Positions 32,635 to 44,280 of a DNA stretch of 64,000 nt are shown piece by piece (position 1 is the first letter of the stretch; every line of letters begins with the position of its first letter). The position numbers and the translations under genes were made by a program. Location of the stretch: NCBI GenBank assembly GCA_963829475.1, contig CAWHIU010000002.1:3635-67634 (forward strand), given 5' to 3'. Source of the DNA: an uncultured Actinomycetes bacterium. Lineage in GTDB: Bacteria > Actinomycetota > Acidimicrobiia > IMCC26256 > JANYLB01. The notes beneath the pieces were generated by a model. It did not search any database. It was given only the letters and a program-made list of their open reading frames with translations, and had not been told where the DNA came from.

Positions 32635-33861
32635 GTGACCGCCACCGATACTGGGCCCGACGTGACGATCGACCGGTACACGATCATCTCGGCCGACTGC
32701 CACGCCGGGGGTTCGCACGCGCAGTACCGCGAGTACCTCGAAGCCGAATGGATCCCCGAGTTCGACGCGTGGCGTGGTGGGTACAGCAATCCGTTCCGCG
32801 ACCTGCAGGACGACGGCCGCTCCCGCAACTGGGACGACGAGCGTCGCGTCGGCGATCTCGAGCAGGACGGCATCGTCGCCGAGGTCACGTTCCCCAACAC
32901 CGTCCCACCGTTCTTCCCGACCGGCGTCGTGATCGCGCGCCCGCCCCGAGACGCCGAGGACTACCGGCGCCGTTGGGCCGGCCTGCGTGCCCACAACCGC
33001 TGGCTGGCCGACTTCTGCCGCCGCTTTCCCGCGCGCCGCGCCGGCATCGGCCAGATCTTCATCGACGACATCGACGTCGCGATCGTCGAGCTCGAGTGGA
33101 TCGCCGCGAACGGCCTGCGCGGCGGCGTGCTCGTCCCCGCCATCCCCGACGACTCCGATCTGCCGCCGTACTACTCCGACCACTACGACCGGCTGTGGGC
33201 CGTGTGCCAGGACCTCGACGTCGTGGTGAACCACCACACGGGTGGGAGCGGCATGCCCGACTACGGCACGTTCCCGTCGTCGACGGTCCAGTGGATGATC
33301 GAGACGCCGTGGTTCGCGCACCGGCCGCTCTGGCAGCTCGTGATGAGCGGCGTCTTCGACCGGTTCCCCGATCTCAAGCTCGTGCTCACCGAGCAGGGCT
33401 GCGACTGGGTCCCGCCGCTGCTGCAACAGCTCGACGGCATGCACACGATGATGGCCAGTGGTCGCATCGGCGAGATGAACCTGAAGAACGATCTGCGGCT
33501 CCCGCTCACCCCGACCGAGTACTTCGAGCGCAACGTGTGGATCGGTGTGAGCTTCCCCGCTCCGAAGGAGGCCCAGATCATGAAGAAGCTGGGCCTGCAC
33601 AAGGTGATGTGGGGCGCCGACTACCCGCACAACGAGGGCACCTCGCCCTACTCCCGCGAGAGCCTCCGTCGATCGTTCCACGACTGGTCGCCGGAAGACC
33701 TGCGCCAGGTGTTCTCGGGTACCGCGGCCGACGTCTACGGGTTCGACCTCGCGGTGCTCGACCCGATCGCCGCCGAGGTCGGCCCGTCGGTCGAGGAGCT
33801 CACCGTTCCGCTGGACCAGATCCCGAACGGCGCGAGCAGCCCCGCCTTCTGGCGCCCGTGA
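32635..33861 (+). CDS. Amidohydrolase-2 (ACMSD-like metal-dependent hydrolase) family protein.
   Basis: GGGAGG sits before GTG 32635. Motifs include IISADCHAG..., VVNHHTG and [11 protein letters not shown]. The ORF is intact. Confidence 0.6.
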   Translation: MTATDTGPDVTIDRYTIISADCHAGGSHAQYREYLEAEWIPEFDAWRGGYSNPFRDLQDDGRSRNWDDERRVGDLEQDGIVAEVTFPNTVPPFFPTGVVIARPPRDAEDYRRRWAGLRAHNRWLADFCRRFPARRAGIGQIFIDDIDVAIVELEWIAANGLRGGVLVPAIPDDSDLPPYYSDHYDRLWAVCQDLDVVVNHHTGGSGMPDYGTFPSSTVQWMIETPWFAHRPLWQLVMSGVFDRFPDLKLVLTEQGCDWVPPLLQQLDGMHTMMASGRIGEMNLKNDLRLPLTPTEYFERNVWIGVSFPAPKEAQIMKKLGLHKVMWGADYPHNEGTSPYSRESLRRSFHDWSPEDLRQVFSGTAADVYGFDLAVLDPIAAEVGPSVEELTVPLDQIPNGASSPAFWRP

Positions 33862-33877
33862 CCAGCACCGGCCCGGG

Positions 33878-34663
33878 TCATAGATCGGGGAGCCCGAGGG
33901 TGAGGTTCGGGGCCTCGAGGCCGCCGTCGACCTCGAGCACCTTGCCGGTCACGAAGCTCCCCGCCGGTGACGCGAGGTAGAGCGCGGCGAGCGCGATGTC
34001 GTCGGGCTGACCGAGGCGCTTCAGGGGCGTGCCCACCTCCATCTGGGTGCGGATCGTGTCGTCGGTGAGCACGGTCTCGAGCGCGCTGGTGGCGACTGAT
34101 CCGACGGCGATCGCGTTCACCCGGATCCGGGGTGCGAGATCGGCCGCCATGAGTCGCGTCATGTGCGTGAGCGCGGCCTTGGCCGTGCCGTAGGCGAGGT
34201 AGCCGCGGTCGGAGAGCCGACCGATCGCGGAGGAGATGTTCACGATCGCGCCCCCGCCCCGTTCCAACATCACCGGCACCGCCGCTCTGCTCAACGCGAA
34301 TGCGGTCGTGGTGTTGAAGTGGAACGACCGTTCGAGGTAGCCGACGCTCGTGTCGAGCATCGGCCGGGGCGACGAACCACCGGCGTTGTTCACCACGATG
34401 TCGATACCACCGAGCTCCTCGACCGCGGCCGCGGCAAGCGCGACGAGGTTGTCGGTGTCGTTGGCGTCGGTGGGGATCACGATGGCCTGCCGTCCGAACG
34501 CCCGGACCTGCTCGGCGATCACGTCGAGCTGCTCCTTCGTGCGAGCTGCGAGCACGAGATCGGCTCCCGCCTCGGCGAGCGCCAGCGCGGTGGCGGCGCC
34601 GATCCCCCGACCGGCACCGGTGACGATGGCGATCTGACCGTCGATCCGAAAGCGTTCGAGCAT
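33878..34663 (-). CDS. Short-chain dehydrogenase/reductase (SDR).
   Basis: TGAGRGIG (cofactor motif), NNAG and YGTAKAAL (catalytic YxxxK). 261 aa, intact. Confidence 0.9.
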   Translation of the reverse strand: MLERFRIDGQIAIVTGAGRGIGAATALALAEAGADLVLAARTKEQLDVIAEQVRAFGRQAIVIPTDANDTDNLVALAAAAVEELGGIDIVVNNAGGSSPRPMLDTSVGYLERSFHFNTTTAFALSRAAVPVMLERGGGAIVNISSAIGRLSDRGYLAYGTAKAALTHMTRLMAADLAPRIRVNAIAVGSVATSALETVLTDDTIRTQMEVGTPLKRLGQPDDIALAALYLASPAGSFVTGKVLEVDGGLEAPNLTLGLPDL

Positions 34664-34694
34664 GCGCGGATCCTAGAGAACCCCGAGCATCCCC

Positions 34695-34763
34695 GAACTT
34701 GTCGCGTCTCATGACCCCAGAGCGCGTCTCGCGCGACAAGTTCGGGATGGGATTGGGGGTGGG
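34695..34763 (+). repeat. Hairpin plus G-tract element, copy 2.
   Basis: GAACTTGTCGCG-25 nt-CGCGACAAGTTC is followed by GGGATGGGATTGGGGGTGGG. The loop shares TGACCCCAGAGCGCG with copy 1. Confidence 0.8.
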
Positions 34764-34801
34764 ACTGGAGAATCGCGGCCCGGGATGCCGATACCCGGAG
34801 G

Positions 34802-35890
34802 GTGCGACGGATCGCCCTCCTCCTCACCGTGGCCCTGGCCGCGCCTTTCGTCCCGATCGGGCTCTCGGCCGGGGTGGCCGTTCCGATCCCCGGTGCTCCG
34901 GCCTGCACGACCGCGCCGGCCGACAGCCATTGGCACGCCGATGTCAGCGCGCTGCCCGTCGACGCCAAGTCCTCGACCTACGTCGCGAGTGCGGGCGCGA
35001 CCAAGCCACTCCACGCCGACTTCGGTTCCGGCCTCTACGACGGTGGCCCGATCGGCATCCCGTTCACCACGGTTCCCGGCGCCCAGACGAAGGTCCCGAT
35101 CACGTTCGACTACGCCGACGAGAGCGACCCGGGCCCGTATCCGATCCCGGCGAACGCTCCGATCGAGGGTGGATCGTCGTCGGGCGGTGATCGACACGTG
35201 TTGGTCGTCGATCGTGCCACCTGCCGCGACTACGAGGTCTATGCCGCGTACCCGCAGAACGGAGGGACGCGCTGGACCGCGGGCTCGGGCGCGGTGTGGG
35301 ACCTGACGTCGAACGCGCTGCGGACTGCCGGTGACACGTCGGCCGACGCGGCCGGCCTGCCGATCCTGCCCGGTCTCGTGCGCTACGACGAGATCGCCGC
35401 GGGCGTGATCGACCACGCGATCCGCATCACGTTGAACAACACCGACAACCGGTACGTCTGGCCCGCGACCCACAAGGCCGGAGTGAACGACGCGACCCGC
35501 GCCCCCATGGGTCAACGCTTCCGCTTGAAGGCCGGTGTGAAGATCTCGACCTACCCGCCGCAGGCGCGGATCGTGCTCACGGCACTGAAGAAGTACGGCG
35601 CGATCGTCGCCGACAACGGCAGCTCGTGGTACATCTCCGGCGCGCCGGACGACCGCTTCGACAACGACGACCTGCACAGCCTGGCGAATCTGCACGGGTC
35701 CGACTTCGAGGCCGTCGACGCGCGATCACTCATGGCCGATCGCACGTCGGGCCGCGTGGCGGGCTCCCCGCCGCCCACCACGACCACCACCTCGACCAGT
35801 ACGACGACCACGACGACGACGTCCACCACGGTTCCGGTCGAGCGGTCACACCGCACGCGGCGGGATCGGGTCCGTTCCGGCGCGAGTTGA
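34802..35890 (+). CDS. Secreted hypothetical protein with a signal peptide and a Thr/Ser-rich C-terminal tract.
   Basis: MRRIALLLTVALAAPFVPIGLSA looks like a signal peptide. A ...PPPTTTTTSTSTTTTTTTSTT... linker follows. I recognise no family. Confidence 0.55.
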   Translation: MRRIALLLTVALAAPFVPIGLSAGVAVPIPGAPACTTAPADSHWHADVSALPVDAKSSTYVASAGATKPLHADFGSGLYDGGPIGIPFTTVPGAQTKVPITFDYADESDPGPYPIPANAPIEGGSSSGGDRHVLVVDRATCRDYEVYAAYPQNGGTRWTAGSGAVWDLTSNALRTAGDTSADAAGLPILPGLVRYDEIAAGVIDHAIRITLNNTDNRYVWPATHKAGVNDATRAPMGQRFRLKAGVKISTYPPQARIVLTALKKYGAIVADNGSSWYISGAPDDRFDNDDLHSLANLHGSDFEAVDARSLMADRTSGRVAGSPPPTTTTTSTSTTTTTTTSTTVPVERSHRTRRDRVRSGAS

Positions 35891-36004
35891 CCCTGAGTTG
35901 ACCGACCCCGCCGACGATGTGGGCCGCGGGCCCGGTACCCTTCTGGGCGACGTCGGGTTGCGGCGTCGACGGGTCCGGTCGGTGCACGACCAGGTTGGAC
36001 ACGG

Positions 36005-36988
36005 ATGGTTCCGACAGACGTGCCAGTCAGGTTTGCCCCGATGACCACCGTCATGGCTCGGCCCCCGCGTTCCCCGCGGCCCCCAGTCGACGCGCCCCGA
36101 CCCGGTCCGGTGAGCATCTTCGTCTCCCGCGCCGTCACCGCGCTGCTCGTCGTCGCGCCGGTCATCGCGCTCGCGATCGCGATCCCGTTGCTCTGGGGTC
36201 ATGCCGTGACCCTGCCCGACCTGATCCTCGCCGTGGTGCTGTTCTTCGTGACCGGTCACGGCATTGCGATCGGGTTCCACCGGCTCTTCACGCATTCGAG
36301 CTTCACGCCGAACCGACCGCTCAAGATCGTCCTGGCATCCGTCGGTTCGATGGCGCTCGAGGGTTCGATCATCGGGTGGGTCGCGAACCACCGTCGCCAC
36401 CACATGTTCAGCGATCGCGTCGGCGATCCACATTCGCCGCACCGATACGGCACGGGCGTCGCGGCGCAGACGCGCGGCTTCCTCTACGCACACGTCGGTT
36501 GGTTGTTCGCAGTCGACACGACCTCAGCCGACCGGTACGCGCCCGATCTGCTCGGCGACCGTGATCTCGTCGTGGTGAGCAGGCTGTTCCCGCTCTTCGC
36601 ATTGGTGTCGCTCGCGGTGCCGTTCGCGATCGGATGGCTGTGGGCCGGAACCCTCGGCGGCGCGTTCACGGCGCTCATCTGGGCGGGCATCGTCCGGATG
36701 ATGGTTCTCCATCACGTCACGTGGAGCGTCAACTCGATCTGCCACGTCTTCGGGCGGCAACCGTTCACCGAGAAGGATCGCAGTACGAACTTCGCGCCAC
36801 TCGCTGTGCTCTCGTTCGGCGAGTCGTGGCACAACTTCCACCACGCGCATCCGTCGTCGGCCCGCCACGGTGCGCTCCCGCGCCAGATCGACTCGTCGGC
36901 GGCGCTGATCCGGGTCTTCGAGCGACTCGGTTGGGCGACCAAGGTGCGCTGGCCGACGGTGCAACAACTCGGCGGCGTGACGCAGTAG
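36005..36988 (+). CDS. Membrane acyl-CoA (delta-9 type) fatty-acid desaturase.
   Basis: The three His boxes are HRLFTH, HRRHHMFSD and HNFHHAHP. The start may be ATG 36041. Confidence 0.85.
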   Translation: MVPTDVPVRFAPMTTVMARPPRSPRPPVDAPRPGPVSIFVSRAVTALLVVAPVIALAIAIPLLWGHAVTLPDLILAVVLFFVTGHGIAIGFHRLFTHSSFTPNRPLKIVLASVGSMALEGSIIGWVANHRRHHMFSDRVGDPHSPHRYGTGVAAQTRGFLYAHVGWLFAVDTTSADRYAPDLLGDRDLVVVSRLFPLFALVSLAVPFAIGWLWAGTLGGAFTALIWAGIVRMMVLHHVTWSVNSICHVFGRQPFTEKDRSTNFAPLAVLSFGESWHNFHHAHPSSARHGALPRQIDSSAALIRVFERLGWATKVRWPTVQQLGGVTQ

Positions 36989-37016
36989 CCGCACCTCCGG
37001 CGGTCAGGTTGCCCGT

Positions 37017-37901
37017 TCAGGCCGCGAGCGCCTGTACCGCCGCCGCGAGCGAGTCTTCCCAGATCCAGTCCTTCTCGAAGTGGTGGTTCAGCTCGACCAT
37101 CACGTCGTACTCCCACCAGAACCCGTAGATCCCACACGTCACGAGCAGGACGATGACCCGCGCCACGTAGTTGTGGGCCTGGTGCAGCGAGGCGGGATCG
37201 GGTGGCGTGATGGGCGCGCCGAGTGCGGTGTAGATGGTCGACAGCTCGTGCTCGGCACCGCCCTGTTGGTAGTCGTGCTTCACGAGATCGCTGTCGAGGA
37301 GGATGTACATGATGATCCGGGCGATCGCGCCGGCGAAGAACACGAGAACGGTCCAGATCACCGGGTCGCGGAACTCCGTCGCCATCTGTCGCATCGCCGC
37401 GAGGTGGGTCGCGACACGTTGGAAGTTGGGCGTCAGCTCCTCCTGGAGCCCACGAGCTCCCGCCTGTTCCCACGCGTACGCCGTTGCCGCGTCGAGCTCT
37501 TCGAGGCGGCGCAGGTTGTGTTCGCGTGAGCGCCGGACGAGCTGGTACACGACGTAGATGCCGAAGATTCCGCAGGTCAGGATCGTCCAGCCGAACGCGG
37601 TCCAGAAGCTGAAGATGTAGTCGGTCTCGCTCCGTCGTTGGTAGGCGGCTCGGATCCGATCGATCGGCGCGACGACCGGGAGGTACGCGGGCACGGCCGC
37701 GGCCGCGGCCGCTGCGGCGACGGGTGCGGCGACCGGGGACGCGCCGGCCGGCGTGGGCTCGACCGGCGAAGGTGTCGATGCCGCGGGGCCCGGATCTTCG
37801 GGTGGCTCGGATGGCGGGGGCGGCTGCGTCATGGACGTGACCCTACCGATGGGTGGCGGTTGACGCGGGGCTCCTCCGAGGCGCAGGCTCGTCGGTGACA
37901 C
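37017..37901 (-). CDS. DUF4234-like membrane protein with a Pro/Ala-rich N-terminus. The start is probably ATG 37832.
   Basis: The motifs TCGIFGIYVVYQL and TCGIYGFWWEYD are characteristic of DUF4234-type TM hairpins. Confidence 0.5.
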   Translation of the reverse strand: MSPTSLRLGGAPRQPPPIGRVTSMTQPPPPSEPPEDPGPAASTPSPVEPTPAGASPVAAPVAAAAAAAAVPAYLPVVAPIDRIRAAYQRRSETDYIFSFWTAFGWTILTCGIFGIYVVYQLVRRSREHNLRRLEELDAATAYAWEQAGARGLQEELTPNFQRVATHLAAMRQMATEFRDPVIWTVLVFFAGAIARIIMYILLDSDLVKHDYQQGGAEHELSTIYTALGAPITPPDPASLHQAHNYVARVIVLLVTCGIYGFWWEYDVMVELNHHFEKDWIWEDSLAAAVQALAA

Positions 37902-37919
37902 CGACCGACAGGAGTTGCC

Positions 37920-38216
37920 ATGGCGTTCGTGCAGATCATCGAGTTCGAGACCGACAACATCGACGGGGTGCGTGCCGTCAGCAGCGAGTGGGAGGCGGCG
38001 AGCACCGGCAAGCGGACCGCGAGCCGGAGGATCCTCGCCGAAGACCGCGACCGACCCGGCACCTACCTGGTGCTCGTCGAGTTCCCCTCGTACGAGGACG
38101 CGATGGCCAACTCGAACCTCCCGGAGACCCAGAAGTTCTCGGGGCTCATGATGGAGGCCGCGGGGAACCCGCCTCGGTTCCGCAACCTCGACGTGATGGA
38201 GATCGTCGAGCTCTGA
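37920..38216 (+). CDS. Small ABM-like (dimeric alpha/beta barrel) protein.
   Basis: 98 aa. MAFVQIIEFETDN...YLVLVEFPSYEDAMANS is typical of antibiotic-biosynthesis-monooxygenase-like folds. Confidence 0.45.
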   Translation: MAFVQIIEFETDNIDGVRAVSSEWEAASTGKRTASRRILAEDRDRPGTYLVLVEFPSYEDAMANSNLPETQKFSGLMMEAAGNPPRFRNLDVMEIVEL

Positions 38217-38223
38217 CGGCTCG

Positions 38224-38988
38224 CTAGCCGCGCTGGGACTCGAGCTTGCGGTTCTTCCACTGCGCCTTGAGGTAGTCCTTGTTCAGCATCGCGATGAAGT
38301 CGATGCTGATCTCCTTCGGACACGCCTTCTCGCACTCACCGTGATTGGTGCAGGACCCGAAGTGCTCCTCCATGGTGTCGACCATGTTCTGCACCCGGTT
38401 CCAGCGCTCGGGCTGACCCTGCGGGAGCAGATTGAGGTGGGCGACCTTGGCCGCCGTGAACAGCTGGGCCGCGCTGTTCGGGCAGGCGGCCACGCAGGCG
38501 CCGCAGCCGATGCACGCGGCGGCGTCCATCGCGGCGTCGGAGACCTCTTTGGGCACGAGGATCAAGTTCGCGTCGGGCGCGCTGCCGGTGGGCGCCGAGA
38601 TGTAGCCGCCGGCCTCGATGATGTGGTCGAGCGCGGTGCGGTCGGTGGAGAGGTCGCGGATGACCGGGAACGCCGCGGCGCGCCACGGTTCGACGGTGAT
38701 CTCGTCGCCGTCGGCGAACTTGCGGAGGAAGAGCTGGCAGGTCGCGGTGCCGCGTGACGGTCCGTGGGCCTGGCCGTTGATCATCATCGAGCACGAGCCG
38801 CAGATGCCTTCGCGGCAGTCGTGGTCGAAGGCAACCGGTTCCTTGTTCTCGCCGATGAGGTGCTCGTTGAGCTCGTCGATGAGCTCGAGGAAGCTCATCT
38901 CGGCGCTCACATCGGGCATGTCGTACGACTCGAACGCGCCGGTCGCGGTCGGACCGGCCTGGCGCCAGACGCGCAGCTTGAGGTGCAT
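38224..38988 (-). CDS. sdhB: Succinate dehydrogenase/fumarate reductase iron-sulfur subunit.
   Basis: [15 protein letters not shown] (2Fe-2S), [12 protein letters not shown] (4Fe-4S) and [12 protein letters not shown] (3Fe-4S). Confidence 0.9.
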   Translation of the reverse strand: MHLKLRVWRQAGPTATGAFESYDMPDVSAEMSFLELIDELNEHLIGENKEPVAFDHDCREGICGSCSMMINGQAHGPSRGTATCQLFLRKFADGDEITVEPWRAAAFPVIRDLSTDRTALDHIIEAGGYISAPTGSAPDANLILVPKEVSDAAMDAAACIGCGACVAACPNSAAQLFTAAKVAHLNLLPQGQPERWNRVQNMVDTMEEHFGSCTNHGECEKACPKEISIDFIAMLNKDYLKAQWKNRKLESQRG

Positions 38989-39005
38989 GGTCTTCCGGGT
39001 CCCCT

Positions 39006-40949
39006 CTACTTGTAGCTGCGCTGGGCGAGATGCACGTTCTCGAACGTGAGTGGTTCCTTGTGCAACGTGGGCGGCGCACCGACCCCGTTGAACTCCCAGG
39101 CGCCGGCATAGGCGAAGTTGTCGTCGTCTCGGAGTGCTTCGCCGTCTTCGGTCTGGTGCTCGACACGGAAGTGACCGCCGCAGCTCTCCTCGCGGTGCAG
39201 GGCGTCGAGGCACATGAGCTCGCCGAACTCGAGGAAGTCGGACACCCGCCCGGCCTTCTCGAGCGACTGGTTCATCGACTCGTTGTCGCCGAGCACCCGC
39301 ACGTCGTTGTGGAACTGCTCCCGGAGCGGCGGGATCTCGGCGAGGGCCTTCTCGAGCGTCTCGGTGCTGCGGGCCATCCCGCAGTTGTCCCACACGATCT
39401 TGCCGAGCTCGCGGTGGAACCAGTCGACGGAGTGGGTGCCGTTCGTGGAGAGGAAGCTCTTGACCTCGTCGCGGACGGTGCTCTCTGCCTCGGCGAACAC
39501 GGGGTCGTCGGTGGACACGGGTGCCGAGCCGAGCAGCGGAGCGAGGTAGTTGCCGATCGTGTACGGAAGGACGAAGTAGCCGTCGGCGAGACCTTGCATC
39601 AGCGCGCTCGCACCGAGCCGGTTGGCGCCGTGGTCGGAGAAGTTCGCCTCGCCGAGCACGAACAGCCCGGGCAGGTTGCTCATGAGGTCGTAGTCGACCC
39701 AGAGCCCGCCCATCGTGTAGTGGACCGCCGGGTAGATGCGCATCGGCACCTTCTCGGGGTTCTCGTCGGTGATGCGCTCGTACATCTCGAAGAGGTTGCT
39801 GTAGCGCTCCTCGACGGCCTTCGGCCCGAGCCGCTCGATCGACTCCGCGAAGTCGAGGTAGACGCCGTTCTTGATCGGCCCGACACCCCGACCGGCGTCG
39901 ACCTCACGTTTGATCGCACGCGACGCGACATCGCGCGGCACGAGGTTGCCGAACGCGGGGTAGCGGCGCTCGAGGAAGTAGTCGCGGTCCGACTCGGGGA
40001 TGAGGTCGGCCGTCCGCGCGTCGTCGAACTCCTTCGGCACCCACACTCTGCCGTCGTTGCGCAGTGACTCGCTCATCAGCGTGAGCTTCGACTGGAACTC
40101 GTCGCTCGCGGGGATGCACGTCGGGTGGATCTGGGTGAAGCACGGATTGGCAAAGAGCGCACCCTTGCGGTGTGCCCGCCACGTTGCGCTCGCGTTCGAC
40201 GCCTTCGCGTTCGTGGACAGATAGAAGACGTTGCCGTAGCCACCGGTGGCGAGCACGACCGCATGCCCGGAGAAGGACCGGATCTCACCGGTCACCAGGT
40301 CACGGGCGACCACGCCGGTCGCGCGGCCGTCGTGGAGCACGAGCTCGAGCATCTCGGTGCGGCGGTACAGCTTCACGCTGCCGAGGTGAACCTGGCGCAT
40401 GAGCGCCGAGTACGCGCCGAGCAGGAGCTGTTGGCCGGTCTGGCCCCGGGCGTAGAACGTGCGCGACACCTGCGCACCGCCGAAGGAGCGGTTGTCGAGC
40501 AGCCCGCCGTACTCACGTGCGAAGGGAACGCCCTGGGCGGCGCACTGGTCGATGATGTCGACGCTGACCTCGGCGAGCCGGTGGACGTTGGCCTCGCGTG
40601 CGCGGTAGTCGCCGCCCTTCACCGTGTCGTAGAACAGGCGGTGCACGCTGTCGCCGTCGTTCTTGTAGTTCTTGGCCGCGTTGATCCCGCCCTGCGCGGC
40701 GATGCTGTGCGCGCGGCGCGGTGAGTCGTGGAAGGTCAGCAGGGTGACCTTGTACCCGAGCTCGCCGAGGCTCGCCGCGGCGGACGCACCGGCGAGGCCG
40801 CTGCCCACGACGATGATCTCGAACTTCCGCTTGTTGGCAGGGTTCACGAGCTTCATGTCGAACTTGTGGTCGGTCCACTTGGACCCGATCGGCCCGGGCG
40901 GGACGCGCCCGTCGAGCGGATCCGCGGCGATGTCGTACCGGGGACTCAC
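39006..40949 (-). CDS. sdhA: Succinate dehydrogenase/fumarate reductase flavoprotein subunit.
   Basis: [24 protein letters not shown] (FAD His), HPTCIP and [13 protein letters not shown] 40949 overlaps the sdhC stop (GTGA). Confidence 0.9.
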   Translation of the reverse strand: MSPRYDIAADPLDGRVPPGPIGSKWTDHKFDMKLVNPANKRKFEIIVVGSGLAGASAAASLGELGYKVTLLTFHDSPRRAHSIAAQGGINAAKNYKNDGDSVHRLFYDTVKGGDYRAREANVHRLAEVSVDIIDQCAAQGVPFAREYGGLLDNRSFGGAQVSRTFYARGQTGQQLLLGAYSALMRQVHLGSVKLYRRTEMLELVLHDGRATGVVARDLVTGEIRSFSGHAVVLATGGYGNVFYLSTNAKASNASATWRAHRKGALFANPCFTQIHPTCIPASDEFQSKLTLMSESLRNDGRVWVPKEFDDARTADLIPESDRDYFLERRYPAFGNLVPRDVASRAIKREVDAGRGVGPIKNGVYLDFAESIERLGPKAVEERYSNLFEMYERITDENPEKVPMRIYPAVHYTMGGLWVDYDLMSNLPGLFVLGEANFSDHGANRLGASALMQGLADGYFVLPYTIGNYLAPLLGSAPVSTDDPVFAEAESTVRDEVKSFLSTNGTHSVDWFHRELGKIVWDNCGMARSTETLEKALAEIPPLREQFHNDVRVLGDNESMNQSLEKAGRVSDFLEFGELMCLDALHREESCGGHFRVEHQTEDGEALRDDDNFAYAGAWEFNGVGAPPTLHKEPLTFENVHLAQRSYK

Positions 40950-41725
40950 TTCACCACCCCCGTGACCACGAGCAACGGCATGCTGACGTTTCCGATCGTG
41001 ACGACGGCGGCGAACCCGGCGGCGAAGTAGCGGCGCCAGAGGTTGAAGCGCGGGTTGTTCAACCCGAGGCTCTGGAACATGCTCCACGAGCCGTGGAAGA
41101 TGTGGATGCCGAGCGCGATGTTGGCGACGATGTAGATGATCGCCACCGGCACGCGCTGGAAGCTGTGGATCACGTTGGCGTACACGCTGCCGCGCACGAA
41201 GTCGGGGTTGGCGAATCCCCAGGTGAGGTCGGCGAGGTGGAAGATGATGAAGAGGCCGACGATGATCCCCGTCCAGCGCATCGTGCGGGACGCGAAGTTG
41301 GCGGCCACGTAGTCGCGGTGCGACTGGTACTTCACCGGCCGGGCCTTCTGGTTCATCCGGGTCAGCGAGTAGGCCGACTGGATGTGGAGGAAGAAGGCGC
41401 CGATGAGCGCGACGCGCAGGATCCAGAGGAAGACGGTGCGTGGGAGCGCGGGCTCGCCGATCATCCGGAGCCACTCGCCGTACTCGTTCAGGTGCGACGC
41501 GCCGAGGTAGATCTTGAGGTTGCCGACCATGTGCACGAGCACGAACCCGAGCAACATGATCCCGGTGACGGCCATCACCGACTTCTTGCCGACCGCGGAT
41601 CCGTAGAAGCGGATCAGGAACGGCTTGGTCCGAGGAGCCGGTGGCACCGGCCGCCCGACGTCGCGGGTGAGACGAGACGCGTCGTCGGCTCCCGCCCGCT
41701 GGTCCTCGGTGGTGACTTCTGGCAT
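40946..41725 (-). CDS. sdhC: Succinate dehydrogenase cytochrome b subunit (single large b-type anchor, 5 TM).
   Basis: Its position is upstream of and coupled to sdhA. It is a polytopic protein with conserved His-containing helices ([34 protein letters not shown]). Confidence 0.7.
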   Translation of the reverse strand: MPEVTTEDQRAGADDASRLTRDVGRPVPPAPRTKPFLIRFYGSAVGKKSVMAVTGIMLLGFVLVHMVGNLKIYLGASHLNEYGEWLRMIGEPALPRTVFLWILRVALIGAFFLHIQSAYSLTRMNQKARPVKYQSHRDYVAANFASRTMRWTGIIVGLFIIFHLADLTWGFANPDFVRGSVYANVIHSFQRVPVAIIYIVANIALGIHIFHGSWSMFQSLGLNNPRFNLWRRYFAAGFAAVVTIGNVSMPLLVVTGVVK

Positions 41726-41855
41726 TGCACGCCCCGTTTGCTTCTGCTGCCCGCCCCGGATCCGATCCTTGGGGGCCCGGTTCGGCGAACCTAGCCCGAC
41801 GGTGCGCGACGGGGCTATGCGGAGGAAATGCCCCCGAGGCGGCGATGTTCTGGCG

Positions 41856-42725
41856 CTACAGCCTGCGCTCGAGGAACGAAACGGTGGGGGCGAGTGCGTC
41901 GGCGAGGTACTGGAGGGAGTGACGCGTCCCCGGGTACACGATGACCGTGACCGGCACGCCCCGGCGTCTGAGCGCGTTGGCCATCGCGGTCTGTTGACCG
42001 CCCGGGACGAGCTCCGCGGTGCTCCCGACGAGCAGCTCCGGTGGGTCGGTGTGATCCACGTGAGCGACGGGTGAGGCGATGCGGTACCGCTCCGGGTCGG
42101 CGGCACGATCACGGCCGATGTAGTTGCGCGCGTAGACCGCGAGTGGACACAGGGCTCCGCACGCTCTGGGTCGGATCGCCGCGGTCCCGGGAGCCACGAG
42201 GGTCGTGAAGTCGTAGATGCCCGACCAACTCACGACGGCCGCGACCCGGTCACCACGATCGTTGCGACCGGAACCGAGCGTCCCGGCGAGGGCGGCGAGG
42301 TTCCCGCCGGCCGACGAGCCGAAGAGCGCGATGCGCCGTGGATCGACCGAGAGCTCCCGTGCGTGCGCGCGCACCCAACGCACCGAGCTCTGCACCTCCC
42401 GGACCTCGTCGGGATAGGGCGACGGAGCCGCGATCCGGTAGTTGGGGACGACCGCGACGTACCCGTGGCTTGCCAGCGCGGCGCCGAGAAAGGTCAGGTC
42501 GAACTTGTCACCCGACGACCACGAGCCGCCGTGGATCATGACCACGGCGGGGTGCACACCGCGGCCGGGCGGATGGAAGATGTCGGCCCGCAGGATCCGT
42601 CCGTCGACGGAACGCCACGCCACGTTCTGGTCGAAGGTCACCGATCCGATCTTTCGCGTGCGGGGGTGGCCCGACGCGGCGCGGCCGCCGACACCCACGA
42701 AGGGCGCAGCACACCCTGCGGACAC
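41856..42725 (-). CDS. Alpha/beta-hydrolase (esterase/lipase-type).
   Basis: VMIHGGSWSSGD (oxyanion HGG) and LFGSSAGGNLA (GxSxG nucleophile). Confidence 0.75.
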   Translation of the reverse strand: MSAGCAAPFVGVGGRAASGHPRTRKIGSVTFDQNVAWRSVDGRILRADIFHPPGRGVHPAVVMIHGGSWSSGDKFDLTFLGAALASHGYVAVVPNYRIAAPSPYPDEVREVQSSVRWVRAHARELSVDPRRIALFGSSAGGNLAALAGTLGSGRNDRGDRVAAVVSWSGIYDFTTLVAPGTAAIRPRACGALCPLAVYARNYIGRDRAADPERYRIASPVAHVDHTDPPELLVGSTAELVPGGQQTAMANALRRRGVPVTVIVYPGTRHSLQYLADALAPTVSFLERRL

Positions 42726-42831
42726 CAGGACGGACGCAACGATCAGCAGCGCGGCGACCGTCGTGAGGAGGACTCGGAACCGCGTGATTCTGCGAGGTTA
42801 GAGGTTCGATGTCGCTGGTACCATCGCCGCC

Positions 42832-44280
42832 ATGACCCGACCCGGCACCCTCGGAGAGCTCCGTGCCGACGGTTGGGTCTCGCGGCCGGTCAAGGAAGAG
42901 GTCCGGGCCAACGCCGTCACGAAGATCGCCGCCGGGGAGCAACTCGTCGACGGCGTGATCGGCTACGAAGACACGGTGTTGCCCCAGCTCGAGAACGCGC
43001 TGCTGGCCGGCCACGACGTGATCTTCCTCGGCGAGCGCGGTCAGGCGAAGACGCGCATGATCCGGTCGATCACCAGCTTGCTCGACGAGTGGACGCCCAT
43101 CGTCGCGGGGAGCGAGATCCTCGACGATCCGTACGCGCCCATCTCTCAGCACGGCCGGGTCGTCGTTGCCGAGCGAGGCGACGAGACTCCGCTCGAGTGG
43201 GTGCACCGCGACCGACGGTTCGGAGAGAAGCTCGCGACTCCCGACACTTCGATCGCAGACCTGATCGGTGAGGTCGACCCGATCAAGGTGGCCGAGGGTC
43301 GCTACCTGTCCGACGAGCTCACGATCCACTACGGCCTCGTCCCGCGCACGAACCGCGGCATCTTCGCGATCAACGAGCTCCCCGACCTCGCCGAGCGCAT
43401 CCAGGTCGGTCTCCTCAACGTCCTCGAGGAGCGCGACGTGCAGATCCGCGGCTACAAGATCCGCCTTCCGCTCGACCTCATGCTGGTCGCGTCGGCGAAC
43501 CCCGAGGACTACACGAACCGCGGCCGGATCATCACGCCGCTCAAGGACCGGTTCGGCTCCCAGATCCGCACGCACTATCCACTCGACGTCGAGATCGAGA
43601 TGGATGTCATGGATCAGGAGGCGATCCTGCCGACCGCCGACGGTCGCACGGTGAACATTCCCGGGTTCATGACCGAGATCGTCGCCGAGATGAGCCAGCA
43701 GGCCCGTCGTTCGCCGCATGTGAACCAGCGATCGGGCGTGTCGGTGCGGCTCTCGATCGCGAACTACGAGACCCTCGTGGCGAACGCGCTCCGCCGTGCA
43801 CTGCGCAACGGCGAGTCGGAGGTCGTGCCGCGCGTCAGCGACCTCGACGCGCTGGTGGCATCGACGGCCGGGAAGATCGAGATCGAAACCGTCGACGAAG
43901 GTCGCGACGAGCGCGTCCTCGAGCACATCATGAACGTGTCGGTCCTCGAGGTGTTCCGGGCCCGCGTCCGCCCCGAGCTGCTCGGCGACCTGGTCACCGC
44001 GTTCGACGACGGACGCGTCGTCCACACCGGCGACGAGCTCCCGGCATCCGACTACGCCGATCTGCTGGGCTCGATGCCCGAGCTCGGCCCGGTGCTCACC
44101 GCGCTCGCGGTGGGCGAGACTCCGGCGGGTGTCGCGTCCGCGGTCGAGTTCGTGCTCGAGGGCCTGCACCTGTCGAAGCGCCTCAACAAGGACGCGGTCG
44201 ACGGTCGCGACGTACCGTGCTCGTCGCTAGCCCTGCCGCTCGTCGCTGAGCTCAGATCCCGGCGTCGCCATCCTGCTTGA
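42832..44280 (+). CDS. ChlI/BchI-like AAA+ ATPase. The true C-terminus is possibly ...GRTYRARR* at 44230 via one indel.
   Basis: VIFLGERGQAKT (Walker A), GIFAINELPDL (Walker B region) and LMLVASANPEDYTNRGRIITPLKDRF. Confidence 0.65.
   Translation: MTRPGTLGELRADGWVSRPVKEEVRANAVTKIAAGEQLVDGVIGYEDTVLPQLENALLAGHDVIFLGERGQAKTRMIRSITSLLDEWTPIVAGSEILDDPYAPISQHGRVVVAERGDETPLEWVHRDRRFGEKLATPDTSIADLIGEVDPIKVAEGRYLSDELTIHYGLVPRTNRGIFAINELPDLAERIQVGLLNVLEERDVQIRGYKIRLPLDLMLVASANPEDYTNRGRIITPLKDRFGSQIRTHYPLDVEIEMDVMDQEAILPTADGRTVNIPGFMTEIVAEMSQQARRSPHVNQRSGVSVRLSIANYETLVANALRRALRNGESEVVPRVSDLDALVASTAGKIEIETVDEGRDERVLEHIMNVSVLEVFRARVRPELLGDLVTAFDDGRVVHTGDELPASDYADLLGSMPELGPVLTALAVGETPAGVASAVEFVLEGLHLSKRLNKDAVDGRDVPCSSLALPLVAELRSRRRHPA

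Noticed and set aside
39006-41474. An 822-aa ORF suggesting an N-terminally extended SdhA.
   Set aside because: The extension is out-of-frame read-through across sdhC. SdhA homology begins at VSPRYD..., and GTG 40949 overlaps the sdhC stop.
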